From Tubulanus polymorphus (taxonomy: Eukaryota > Animalia > Nemertea): a stretch of 64,000 nucleotides of DNA. The DNA is taken from assembly GCF_964204645.1 (NCBI RefSeq), contig NC_134027.1, positions 9,518,485-9,582,484 on the forward strand, read 5' to 3'. Positions 18,487 to 29,980 of this stretch are shown here, one piece after another. The translations under genes were made by a program, and so were the position numbers. The notes under the pieces are model-generated. The model was not told the DNA's origin. It did not search any database and was given only the letters and a program-made list of their open reading frames with translations. Position 1 is the stretch's first letter; each line of letters starts with the position of its first letter.

Positions 18487-21400
18487 ATGTCCCGGCTTTT
18501 GAGATTGAACCCGTTCCGAGAGGTGTCTAAGTACGGCACGAACCGAAATGGATTAAGATATTTATCGAGTAACGCTCCTGATACCGCCAACGCCGCTGCT
18601 AATATCGATGTCAGCGGCAATAATAGCAAGAACGAATTTCCAAGCCATGCTCAGGTGGTCATCTGCGGGGCGGGCGTGGTCGGTTCATCGGTAGCTTATC
18701 ACTTCGCTGAAAAAGGATGGACAGATGTTGTCGTGTTAGAGCAGGGCAGGTCAGTATTATGCTACATACAAAAAGAATCAAGCCCTAAAAGCTTGTTTCG
18801 GGCCAAGTTACTCAAAATATCAACTTGCAGATTAATCCCATTTCTGACAATTGAAATTGAGTTATTTATCTGCTTATCAACTCTGACTGACTTAAAGACT
18901 TGCCCCAGACAAGTTCAATGATGCAGAATGTAGCTCAGCCTTTGTTCGGTATCTTGGGTCTAATATTTTTTATTGCATTTTGAAAAATTTCAGCATAGGA
19001 TCGGGTACAACTTGGCACGCTGCTGGTTTACTCGGTCGTGTGAAGGCCTCTAGTTTTGAATGTCATGCGTCAAGGTACAGCGTTGATTTGTATAAAAAAC
19101 TGCAGGACCAAGGCTATGCCACAGGTATGTATGCCTAATGTCTAATTGATCTCAGCTTGAGAGGACGGCGGGTGACCTAGCTCAGTCAGTTTTGGTACTA
19201 CCTATAGGTCATTAAAGCACCCCAATGAACTGGCAGTTGAACTAAAACATTAATCTTTAATCCATTTTATACTCTAATGAAGGATTGCCAAAAGTCTCCT
19301 TTGAATGGGGTTACAAAGAGAAAAGTGACTCAATTAAATTTGAAAGTTAAAAAAAATATGTTTCCGTGCCTACATACCATAATTTTTGAAACAAAAAAGT
19401 TGAAATAGACCCTATCTAATTAACTTACTTTGAGTAGACATACCCCATGTAATTTCTGATTGCCTGTAGTCTATTTTCTGTTCCCTGTTGGATATTTTGC
19501 TCAAATTTTGGAACACATAGGCCTACCTCAAATTATTTTTAACATGGCCAGGGCTGGTAGGCCTATGATTGAACTCGGTCACATGAAGAATGAGGGTATA
19601 ACGCAATATTTTGTAGGTTTAAAGACTTGCGGTAGTTTACATCTTGCGAGGACTACAGATCGAATGACGTATTTCAAACGTAACCATTCACTATGCAAGT
19701 AAATATCAAATCATAACAAAATTTCCCTTGCTTTGCCGTATGGATGATTCCAGTACAGATGGAATATCTCTCCCTAGATAGCGTATTGATCTAAGCAATC
19801 AGATCCAGTTAAGTGATTGATTCGTAATTTCCTTGGGTTTAAGTGCCAGTAGTAAAAGTCTCATGGTGCAATGATGACGATTTAATGCAGGCAGCCATCT
19901 GGAAGGGTTTAGGCTCCTATGATACATTGAAATAACGTTATTTCCGCGTGCACCAAAAAAATGTTCATTTAATTTAAGATCATGGGATCTGGAGAGTCAT
20001 ATAATTAGCGTGAAAGAAGCTAAAGAACTCTGCCCTTTGATCAGGGATGATGACTTACAGGTATTTAGTCAATTACAGTAGAACTCGCTTAATTTAATTT
20101 TTTCCATTTAAAGAATCTATAGTGCTCGTTAACATGGGCAATTTTCACTTCAATTATCAATGCAGGGCCACTACCTCCATTGAAGAATTCATTGTATATC
20201 AATGTCTTTGATTCTAGGGAGCTTTTTGGGTACCGGGTGATGGAGTGGGCAATCCAACAGATATCTGCAACTCATTGATGAGAGCGGCTAAAGATAAAGG
20301 AATCCGATTTTTTGAAAAGACGAAGGTGAACGAAGTGACCACGGTTAATGGTTTAGTTACTGGTGTTAAAACTAGCAGAGGAGATATTGCTTGTGAGAAA
20401 TTTGTCAATTGCGGAGGAATGGTAAGACACAGTTGACTTATTGATCCAAACAATATTAGGTAGCGCCTTGATTAAAAGCAATTCGAAAATGCGTTTGAGA
20501 TGAAGCTGAACAGTTGCCTTTGACGAGATTAATTTTAATTGCGACTACTTTTTCAGTGGGGAAGACAGATTGGAGAATTAAGTAAACCATCTGTTCGCGT
20601 ACCACTGCACGCATGCGAACATTACTATATAGTCACCAAGCCAATTGACGGAGTCCGTCCAAATATGCCTGGTAAGTAGTTTATAGCCTAATTGTTGATT
20701 AATATAATTCAGAACCGCTAGAAAAAAGCTAAAATATATCATAAGAGATGTAGGAATATTTTCAGTGCTGGATATTACTCAATTCATTCTACTGTCTTAT
20801 TTTTGTAGTGATACGCGATTACGATGGATATGTGTATTTCCGCGAATGGAGCGGTGGTCTGATGGGTGGTGGATTTGAGCCTAGCGCCAAACCGGTCTTT
20901 CACGACGGCGTACCGGAAAATTTTGAATATCAACTGTTGTCTGAGGACTGGGATCATTTTCGTGAGTTTCGTTCGATTATTGGATTTTTGTAACTTTTAG
21001 GAATTAACTAAGAATATATCTTCATCCTAATGTGTAATTCCAAGCTTACGGTTGACTTGAATTCGAATTTACAGAAATTATGCTCGAACAAATGCTTCAT
21101 CGATTCCCGGTTCTCGCTGATGCGGAAGTTCGACAGTTGGTCAACGGGCCGGAATCATTTACACCGGATGGTAGATGGATCTTAGGCGAGGCACCTGAGG
21201 TACAGTACCTATTTTAGAGCTTGATTTTCTCATTAGATTCTGCCAAACCATGAAACCCTTCTAAACAGAACAGTTTGCATACTTTCATGTATTCAGTAGA
21301 TATGAGCAAGTGAGAATTTGTGGGATTTGACAAACTTATGTTAATTCCTGCGGTTTGTTGCTATTTAGATTGTTCAGCCAGGTATCCACTCTGCTGGGTA

Positions 21401-24400
21401 TATTAACTTGCTCCTAACGGAATTTCAGGTGAAGAATTATTTTGTGGCTGCTGGAATGAATTCGGCAGGAATTGTTGGCGCGGGCGGTGCTGGTAAAATA
21501 CTTGTAGATCTGATAGTTGACGATGACCTTGACATCGATTATTGGCCTGTCGACATTCGTCGTTTCGTTGATCTTCACAATAATAGAAAATTTCTACGCG
21601 ATCGCGTGAAAGAAGTTTTAGGTAGGTATAGCTATAGGGGTATTCAGATATTCATGTTTTTACGACCTTTAATCAATGATATTCTGAAACTATGAAGACC
21701 GAGCCTGTCGCAATGATAGGATTGATTCCTGGAACTGGCAGTTGTGGATTGATTCTTTTGTCTTCAACATTAAATGAACTAGTTTTCACTCCTAGTCAAG
21801 TTCAAATCGGTTGTAAGTTCACTCTCGGCTTCTAATCAATAAATATGAAACAATCAGCTTTGCCGCTGTAGTCATGCTTAATCCACAACTGGGGTCAACA
21901 TTCACAGGCGTTCAGCTCGCACTTTAGAGTTTGGAGTACAGGGTTAGAACTGTAATCGTAAGCAAGTGGATATAAAAATATTTCACTTTTAAGGTATTTT
22001 CTTAAAAAGACCTAAACTACGATCATAATCGTGAAAACATATTGAACTTATTTCATTTTGAAAGTCCTCAATATCTGAGTTTTTGTGATGGTTCTTTGCG
22101 AATCGATCGAATTTTATGTACTTCACGGAACGTCTCATCAGTTGTTGTTTGCCTCATTTTTGCTGTATAGGACATTCAGCTCAGGTTTCGTATGCGCGTT
22201 CTGACTGGAAAACGCCGCGTAAATTGCGTACGTCTCCGCTGTACACGAGGATGCAGTCGAACGGTGCCGTGTTCGGCCAGAAAAACGGCTTCGAACGAGC
22301 CATGTACTTTCGAGACGTGAAAGGTATAATGATCTGAAAAATGAAGCGTTGCGTATGTCAGTTCTGATGTGAATGAGCTTGTGAATCGCAGGTCTTTATA
22401 TTTGTACATGGTTATGTTTGATATTATCAGGTTGTCCGTGATATTTAGAAACAAAAATGCAGGTTATACCCTATCATTTCGACTGAAAATGCTGTGAATC
22501 ATAAACATTTCTGACAACATAAGCCCTGCTTATGTCTACCACTTTGGGGTTGATAGCTCAAAAGTAGTGACAATTGAAAGTTCACTGTTAGCCTACTGTG
22601 GTATTTGTCAGCTGGTTATCTTTAACCAACTTCTGAGTAACTGGCCCCTGATCGTTGTTTTCAACTTTTTTTGTCAAAAAAAACAGCCACGATCAATCCA
22701 ACTTTTTGATATTACATTGAGCATTTGTTCGCACTAATGTGCTTCATTGTCTAGTAGTACATGTACAGTTGATTGTGAAAAACAAGATCGTCACAGATTC
22801 ATCATCACTTGGGTGAAATAGTTATTAGAAGTGCCAGGTAGGCAGACAGTTGATATCATTATACCATATGTGCAACATGTAGGCCCTATCTATGAGTGAA
22901 ATTGACACTGAATTTCAGTTTCTCGACGGAACAATGAAGAAAGATGCTGGAAAACAGACCATTTATTCTTCCCCACCTTGCTTGTATCCAATCCATCTTG
23001 ACTTTCGCGCAGTACTGGCAAGTCATTCTATCCATTGATCTGCTTGATCTTCAATCTGCTTGATTCTACCATTTAGGTGAAAGTTAGTGGGCCGACCAGA
23101 TGCTATTTTACCTTCCATTTCTTATGTTCAGAGGTGTGCAGGGTACTTCAATGCTCAAAGATATCACAGAAATTTGAAATTAAAGACAAAATTTTTTGTT
23201 TCAGGAAAATATTGTGCACAAAGTTTTGGTGTTGTTTTGAAAGCACGATTTTCGTTTCGTTTCGCTATATCAATTTTTATTTTCGTAATCTAATAATCAG
23301 TTTCGATAGTCTTTTATTTCGATAGAAAATCATTTCCACTATATGTTAAACGCTTGAAATACTTTCGCGCTATCCTTGCTTCCGTTTCGTTTCATTAACT
23401 GTTAACAGTTAATCCAAGCAGATACCGGTTTTTTTGCTGATTTGAATGTTCTATCGGAGGCTGACGAAAATTTTGATCAATCAAAATCTTCACCACGGGC
23501 TAAGAACTGGCCCTATGTACCGTATGTTAAAATGCCTCCATATATAATGTGACCTCTAGATATACCCTTTGTTACCAGACATCACATAATTACAATTGAC
23601 AAAGATGAAATATATGTACTGGACCCAGTTCCCTTGTTATTATGGTTGGATTTGACTCTCGACTTGAAATAAGTTCATTTCCGATGTTAAAACTCTTAAA
23701 TTTAACTGAGGAACTCTACACCGAGTATAATATTGTCTACATTTCTGAAGCTATATGCAAGATTACTGAAATATTTATTTGCTTTTGCTTTTCATGGCCA
23801 ACTGGTTGTTACCAGTTTAATGAATTGGCCACGATAAGTCAATTCTTGAATATAGGTTTTATGATTAGATTGTGCCAACCTCGATTGACAATTACAACTT
23901 TGGACACAATAACTAGGAGTACCACCGAAGAATAAGTTAAAATAACTTATCTGATTAAAACCATATTGGGTTCATGGCGGTCATTGACTGTCCTTAAATG
24001 GGAATGGTTCAAATCAAGGCCTTGAATATTATGGAATGGACTCTAAGAATCCTTAAATCATTGTCACGGTCCTTGAATGGCATCGCCTCATCACGAGATT
24101 ACAATTTGAAGCCTCTGGTCACATGGCATCTTTTTCAATTATCTATGGATCGACCCAATGTTAATTGGAAATCTAATGAACTATTCAAAGAGGCTCTGAA
24201 ATGCGGAGTCAAAATAGCCCTTGGAACTATGAACCACATCCTCTCGAGATTCAATTTCAGTCCAGTATCAACGATTCTAGTACACACAATGATGTACACA
24301 TGTACGACTGATTATATTTTTGCACAGGTTTGCATGCCGTAGTTAGCTATCCTAATATGGAACAAATAACGAGCAGAAAACTGCGCACGTCACCGGTTTA

Positions 24401-27400
24401 TACAAGATTGGCAAAAAGTGGTGCCGTTTTCGGACAGATCATGGGCTTTGAATGCCCGATGTATTTCAAGCAACGTTCGAGAGACTCGACTACTGGTAAA
24501 AACTCAAATTAATCATTGTTTGTTCACGTCACTTGTCTTAATGTGTTTATTTTATATTCTTCGTTGCAGGAGGTCATCCATTTAATGTGTGGGCAAATTT
24601 TTTCACTAAAAAATTCAGGCTCTGCAATTGCATTGTTTTACTATCATGTAAAAACAGGGAGCTTGACACTTCAAGCTACTATTATGAGACAATGTAAATG
24701 GACGACCTCTGACTAGCATTCAAACTCATGCAGCAGCTTAAGTGTTTATGTTCAATGTCTGATGTCACTGAGGTCAGAAAAAGTTCAATAAATTCTACCA
24801 GTTCAACACTTCAGATTAGATAATTTTGAGATTCGATTTTCTGCAGAAGGACTAAACACAATGAAAGTAAGGTATCTGTAATTATAACATAAACACTTGG
24901 GGATTGCAACTTTATTCTTTCTGTTTAGCTGCACATTCTGCATCCTGCGCAGTATTCCTTCTTTTTCCTTTTTCTACTTATGTAATTTTTGCATCATTTT
25001 TTCACTCATTCGATGATCATAGATAGTACATGTCTAATATTCGGTAAAGATGGGTCCTTGCCTTGGGTTTCTTATATCTATAAATCATTTTTTTAAGCAG
25101 TCGGTGACAAATGAAATGCCTGAACGACTTAATCAGCCACATTTGTCCAGCAACTGCAGGGTGTCTCAAAAAATGTCCTGCCGTAGCTTCAAGATAAATT
25201 ATTCTTTGACTATGATTGAAATGAATTTTGGCTGGTAGACCTTGATGTTTGGGAAAGGTTGAAATGCAATAATAATTCCATTTTAATAGCCATTCAAAAA
25301 CATGCTAGTGCTCAACCTTGCATGGCTTATCATAGCATTTCAACATTTCATCCTCGAGCAAACATCCGTCAAACGTCTACCAACCTTGCTCCCCCCCTCC
25401 CACAAAAAAAAATTCATTACAATTATAGTTAATGAATAGTTAGAGCTAGGGTAACACATTTTCTGAGACACCCTGTTTATGATCAAACAGTACTATAGTA
25501 CTAAATCTCATGTTACCTCAAGAACTCATTAGAAATAGTCCCTTAGATTTACTGTTCATGCTATCAGGTAAAGAAAGAGGAAGAGGCTGGTCTGAAGTGT
25601 TTTAGTTGCCAAAGCCAAGAGAGGAACAGGTTTTACAATTGTTGTTAGATAAGAACAAACTAATCGTGATGATTTATGAGACATGAGTCAAACTAGGGTC
25701 TCGACTATGGAACTAGGTCCAGAGCCATGTAATCTGTAGGGACCACACTTCCCATGAGGCGTAGATGGCTGGTACAGCGGATCAATTTTTGTGCAGCGGT
25801 CAACAACTTTATATAATGCTTTTTAGTTTAATAGAAGAAGTCCCATTATTTGAATTTCATATGTTTGAATTCATTAAAACTTTACTTCATCATTAGTTCT
25901 GACACATTGCTTCTGTTTTCATGTTGCGAGTTTGTATACTCTGTCACTTGCGTTTCTGGTCATTCTACCTGATGATGGCTGTTAGTCAACAGCTGAAACG
26001 CTGTGGTTTCTTTTTGATGAATTTCAACGTATAAAATTCGAATTGTGGGACTTCTTCAATTATCTACAGCATACAAAAAATCAAGTGTTTATTCGACTAT
26101 TGCCTTTTAGTTTATCGTATATGTAACCTTTAGATGCTCGCAATCCTATAATGCAGCATGGTCCGTTAACGTTTTTTTATTTGTAACCATTAAGCATGGG
26201 CAGCCTGTGTAATCAAGCAAAATGTAAAATATAAAGATCTGGTCATTTTGTGTGTGAGTGCGCGTGAGTGTCGATGCTTATTCAAGTTTTATAGCCACAC
26301 TTTAAGCCTAAAACCCTGCAAATCCACACTTATGGCCTAAATTGCTTGGGAGCTAAAGCGTTTTCTGATGATGATAAATTATTGGGTAGCCAGCTTCTGT
26401 GCCTATATTACACAGCACGGATATGTAGTGGCCACCCTTATGTATATTTAGTACCATAGACCAACAAGGGTTTTGATTGTGTGATTAGTTATTATATAAT
26501 CAAGGAAATTTGAATTCTTTCAATTTGGTTTAATGTTTTTTTAAATATATTTACATAGAAATTTCTGCGTATTATTACAATAAAATGGTTATGGTGCCGG
26601 AAAGTCATCTTCTAAATTGAATTTGATAAAATATTTTGGAGGTGCTATCTAGTTGATGGTTTGAAAATGTATTGCTGAATCAGGATTTGATAAACGATTT
26701 GTATGAATTTGGATTTCAGCTGCCGAAGAACTCGATTTTTCGACTACTACAGGTAATATTGTAAGCGGGTCTTAACTTGTAGATCGGGGAGATATTCCAC
26801 TCAGAATTACAAACCAATAAACCCTGACTTGAGCTCGTAAACCACAGAGATTTTCATTTAATATTGTAGATGAATACTACGATAATCCGGGTACACTACA
26901 AAATGGATTCGGTAAACCGGACTATTTCGATAATGTGAAAAGAGAATATTGGAGCTGTCGTAAGGGCGTTAGCGTCATTGACATGTCATCATTCAGCAAG
27001 TTCGAAGTTAAGGTAAATTTCATTCAATATGATTTTCTTAATGGTTTTTGTAGATGCTAGATTTACCGTAATGACATTTATGGCTCCATTCTTAGACAGT
27101 TAGATAGAACTAGCTTTAAAGAACTCTGTTACTTCAAATTTACGCCTCTTGCCTCTCCCAGTTATTTGATGATATTAGAGTGATGATTTTAGAAAATCAG
27201 GCCGTGTTTGGTTTCTTTGACGTTAGCTTTAGAACCTACCAATATATCAATTTATGATATGATGTGGTTGGTTAAAGATAACTGGTGGATAGATACCATA
27301 GTTACAATGAACTTTTAATTGTTACTATGTCAACTATCCAATGGTTAACTCTAACCAACAACTGGCCCCGGGTTATCCAAAATTTTTGGTGCTGATCTAG

Positions 27401-29980
27401 AAAATTTGGAAGGCTGTGGTTACAATTCAGAAGAAAGAAAAGGCATTTTTCAGATTAACCAGCCATGTCATAGGCTACAAGCGGGGTCCCTCCCTCAGTA
27501 TTAGATATTTTTTTAAGAAACACATCAGAAAACATGCAATAGGGGTCCCTCCATCGGTATTAAAGATTTTCCAAGAAATATGTATTATGGCTGGCTGGAG
27601 TTATGAACTAATTGGTGATTAATCTGTGTCTAGTCGGCAGGCAATGAAGTGGTCGAATGGTTGCAGTATATTTGCTCGAACGATATAGATAAACCCGTGG
27701 GGACTGTTATACACACGGGCATGTTGAACAGCCACGGCGGATATGAAAACGACTGTAGCGTGGTTCGAATGGATGAAAATTGGTAAGCTATCCTTGGGAA
27801 AATCTATATGCTCAGTTGACAATCCAACCCTCTGTAACCATTTTAAACTTTTTTGGAATGGCAGCCTTTTCATTCTCAATGGATTGTCACTGTGTCAACT
27901 ACCCAGAGATTAAGTCTTACCAACTTTTTAACAACTGGCTCAGGGGACCGGTTCCGTGGTCAGGGCTTAGACTTAGGACCAGTCTAAGACAATTTTAGTT
28001 CTATAGCCAATCTAACAGTTTAAGACCAGTCTTATGATTAAAGACCACTTTTGGTCACTAGTCTCAACTATGGAACCAGCCCCTGGAGCCTGATATGATT
28101 AATCAATCACGATTTGGTTTGTTTTGTGTTTCAGTTACTTTATGATATCTCCAACTGGTCAGCAGACACGAGGAATGGCCTGGATATCTCGTCATATGCC
28201 TCGAGAAATGAACGTGCTGTTGAGCGACGTGACGTCGATGTACACAGCGTTGAACGTGATTGGTCCGAAAGCACAGGAGCTGCTTTCAGAATTAACCGAT
28301 ACTTCGATGAAGAAGACAGATTTTCATTCCATGACTTGTAAGGTATGTCGTATGGTTATACATGAATGGACAGTAGATAAGGGGCCGTCCATAAAAGACA
28401 CTCCACACAAAACATGTCCACCGAATGTCCATTTTGCACTTACCCCCATTGTCCATCGGACGACAAAGCAATTAAAGATTAATCCAGGATATCCTTTTTA
28501 TGGATAGTCCCTAATGAACAAATTACAGACTCAGTTCAATTATGCGGTGGGATCGGGTATTGAAATTCCTGTGACCTTTCGAGTTTTCTTATTACCGTCT
28601 TCTATTCTTTGTGAAAATTTATTTTCATTTTCTTTAGGAAATAAACTTAGGCAATGCTAGCGGTATAAAGGCAATGCGTTTGACACACACGGGAGAAGAT
28701 GGCTGGGTTCTGTACATTCCATCTGAGGTGAGAAAGCCGCTGAAAGTTTGATCATCAAACTTGCTATTTGAGCAACTAATGTCTATCTCTACGTCTCTTA
28801 TTCTTACAGTATGCGTTACACGTGTACGATACTCTTATGACGAAAGGACGAGATTATGGAATTCGAAACGCCGGTTATTACGCGTTGCGATCGTTGAGGA
28901 TTGAAAAGTTTTTCGCGTACTGGGGCTCGGATCTCAGCGTTTTCACCACTCCATTCGAGGTCGGAAGAGAATTCCGTGTGAAATTTGATGTAAGTAAACG
29001 TACAAAATCTTTCCAGTAGTAGACACTCGTTGAAGTCATCTTTGACTGAATGTAATGCCAATATTTTTGCCCCTAGAGTTGACACTTGCCCTGAAGCTAG
29101 TTCATTATATCCTGCATTAGGTTAGGTAACATAGGGTAGCCTGAAATTCTTTCGATTTTTCATATTCTATCATGTCGCTTGAACTCTTTCAGTTACGGTT
29201 GTTTTGTCCAACTTTCTTATGATTAGGTCCTACGATTTGTTGTATGACTCCCTGTGTATTATCTGGTTAATAAGAACTGCTTATATTGTCAAATCATCAT
29301 GGAAAATTATGTTTCATTGGTAATAATAATGTATCCTCGGGCAAGACACTTATCCTCATTGTCTCTCTCCAACCAGAAGAAAATGGGTACCTGGTTTGAT
29401 AGATGACTCCCGAGGGCCTAGTAGTTGCTCAGATGTTACTTCTTCTCAGGGAGAGATGACTGATACATGGAATAAATTTATAGGCTGGGGATAATAATGC
29501 CAAAGTTGGAGCGCATTTGAACTGACTCCTGGTTGGGATGCTATATAAATGAGGCTATAATGATTATTATTATTATCATTTCAGAAAGGTGATTTTATCG
29601 GGAAACAGGCGCTTCTGAAACAGAAAGCCGAAGGCATACGACAGAAGCTTGTTTACTGTACAGTCGAGAACCATGACAAAGATACGGACAATTGGACGTG
29701 GAGCGGTGAGCCGATATATCGTAACGGTCGATGCGTCGGCAGCGTAACGTCGACACATTTCGGATACACGATCGATCGTCTAGTCTGCCTGGCGGTCATC
29801 AACGACGTCGACGAAAACGGCGACAAACGTCTTATCAAAAGCGACTTTTTCACAAAACAGGCCGATTGGGAGATTGATATCGCCGGGCAGTTGTTCCCGG
29901 CGAAAGTTTCGATATATCCACCGAAATTCGCGGCAGTCTCGAACACGCAAGCGTATATGCCGTCGAAGAAGATTTCCTGA
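18487..29980 (+). CDS. PDPR: Pyruvate dehydrogenase phosphatase regulatory subunit-like mitochondrial flavoprotein (SARDH/DMGDH/PDPR family)
   Basis: Exons 18487-18749, 18994-19124, 19617-19698, 19979-20060, 20218-20421, 20557-20671, 20809-20961, 21075-21199, 21429-21621, [22171-22323 or 24328-24495], 26720-26752, 26870-27012, 27634-27782, 28135-28342, 28638-28727, 28810-28989, 29585-29980. Arg-rich presequence; [15 protein letters not shown] motif; [10 protein letters not shown]; [10 protein letters not shown]; FLRDRVKE; [10 protein letters not shown]; [14 protein letters not shown]; [15 protein letters not shown]; W.GEPIYRNG. Confidence 0.9.
22171..22323 (+). CDS. PDPR: PDPR alternative exon A (153 nt, phase 1-1)
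   Basis: gctgtatag|GA CAT TCA ... GTG AAA G|gtataa; [51 protein letters not shown]. Confidence 0.88.
24328..24495 (+). CDS. PDPR: PDPR alternative exon B (168 nt, phase 1-1), paralogous to exon A
   Basis: tttttgcacag|GT TTG CAT ... ACT ACT G|gtaaaa; [56 protein letters not shown]. Confidence 0.85.
25157..25475. mobile_element. Tc1/mariner-like MITE
   Basis: CAGGGTGTCTCAAAAAATGT ... ACATTTTCTGAGACACCCTG termini. Confidence 0.7.
25831..26100 (+). mobile_element. Inverted-repeat insertion with a hammerhead-like core (possible Penelope-like element remnant)
   Basis: ~46-bp imperfect inverted repeat (from 25834; ending 26057), internal CTGATGA-T-GGCTGTT-agtc-AACAGCT-GAAAC, and a 13/14-nt direct repeat at 25817-25830 and 26101-26114. 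Confidence 0.5.
27943..28083. mobile_element. MITE (GGGACCGGTTCC ... GGAACCAGCCCC family) with TTAAGAC subrepeats
   Basis: Imperfect TIRs; a similar internal sequence (ttagttctatagccaatctaa, aagaccacttttgg) recurs at ~38560-38650. Confidence 0.6.
28381..28511. mobile_element. PIF/Harbinger-type MITE
   Basis: GGGCCGTCCATAAAA ... TTTTATGGATAGTCCC termini with TAA on both sides (3-bp TSD). Confidence 0.7.
29331..29577 (+). mobile_element. SINE fragment (conserved central domain plus (TAT)n tail)
   Basis: TCCTCGGGCAAGACACTTATCCTCATTG...CTCCAACCAG...AAATGGGTACC resembles the central domain of widespread metazoan SINEs; ends in gctatataaat...tattattattat. Confidence 0.6.

Noticed and set aside
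23077-23325. ORFs between PDPR exons A and B as a third duplicated exon
   Set aside because: No RTSP/GAVFG motif and no in-phase acceptor.
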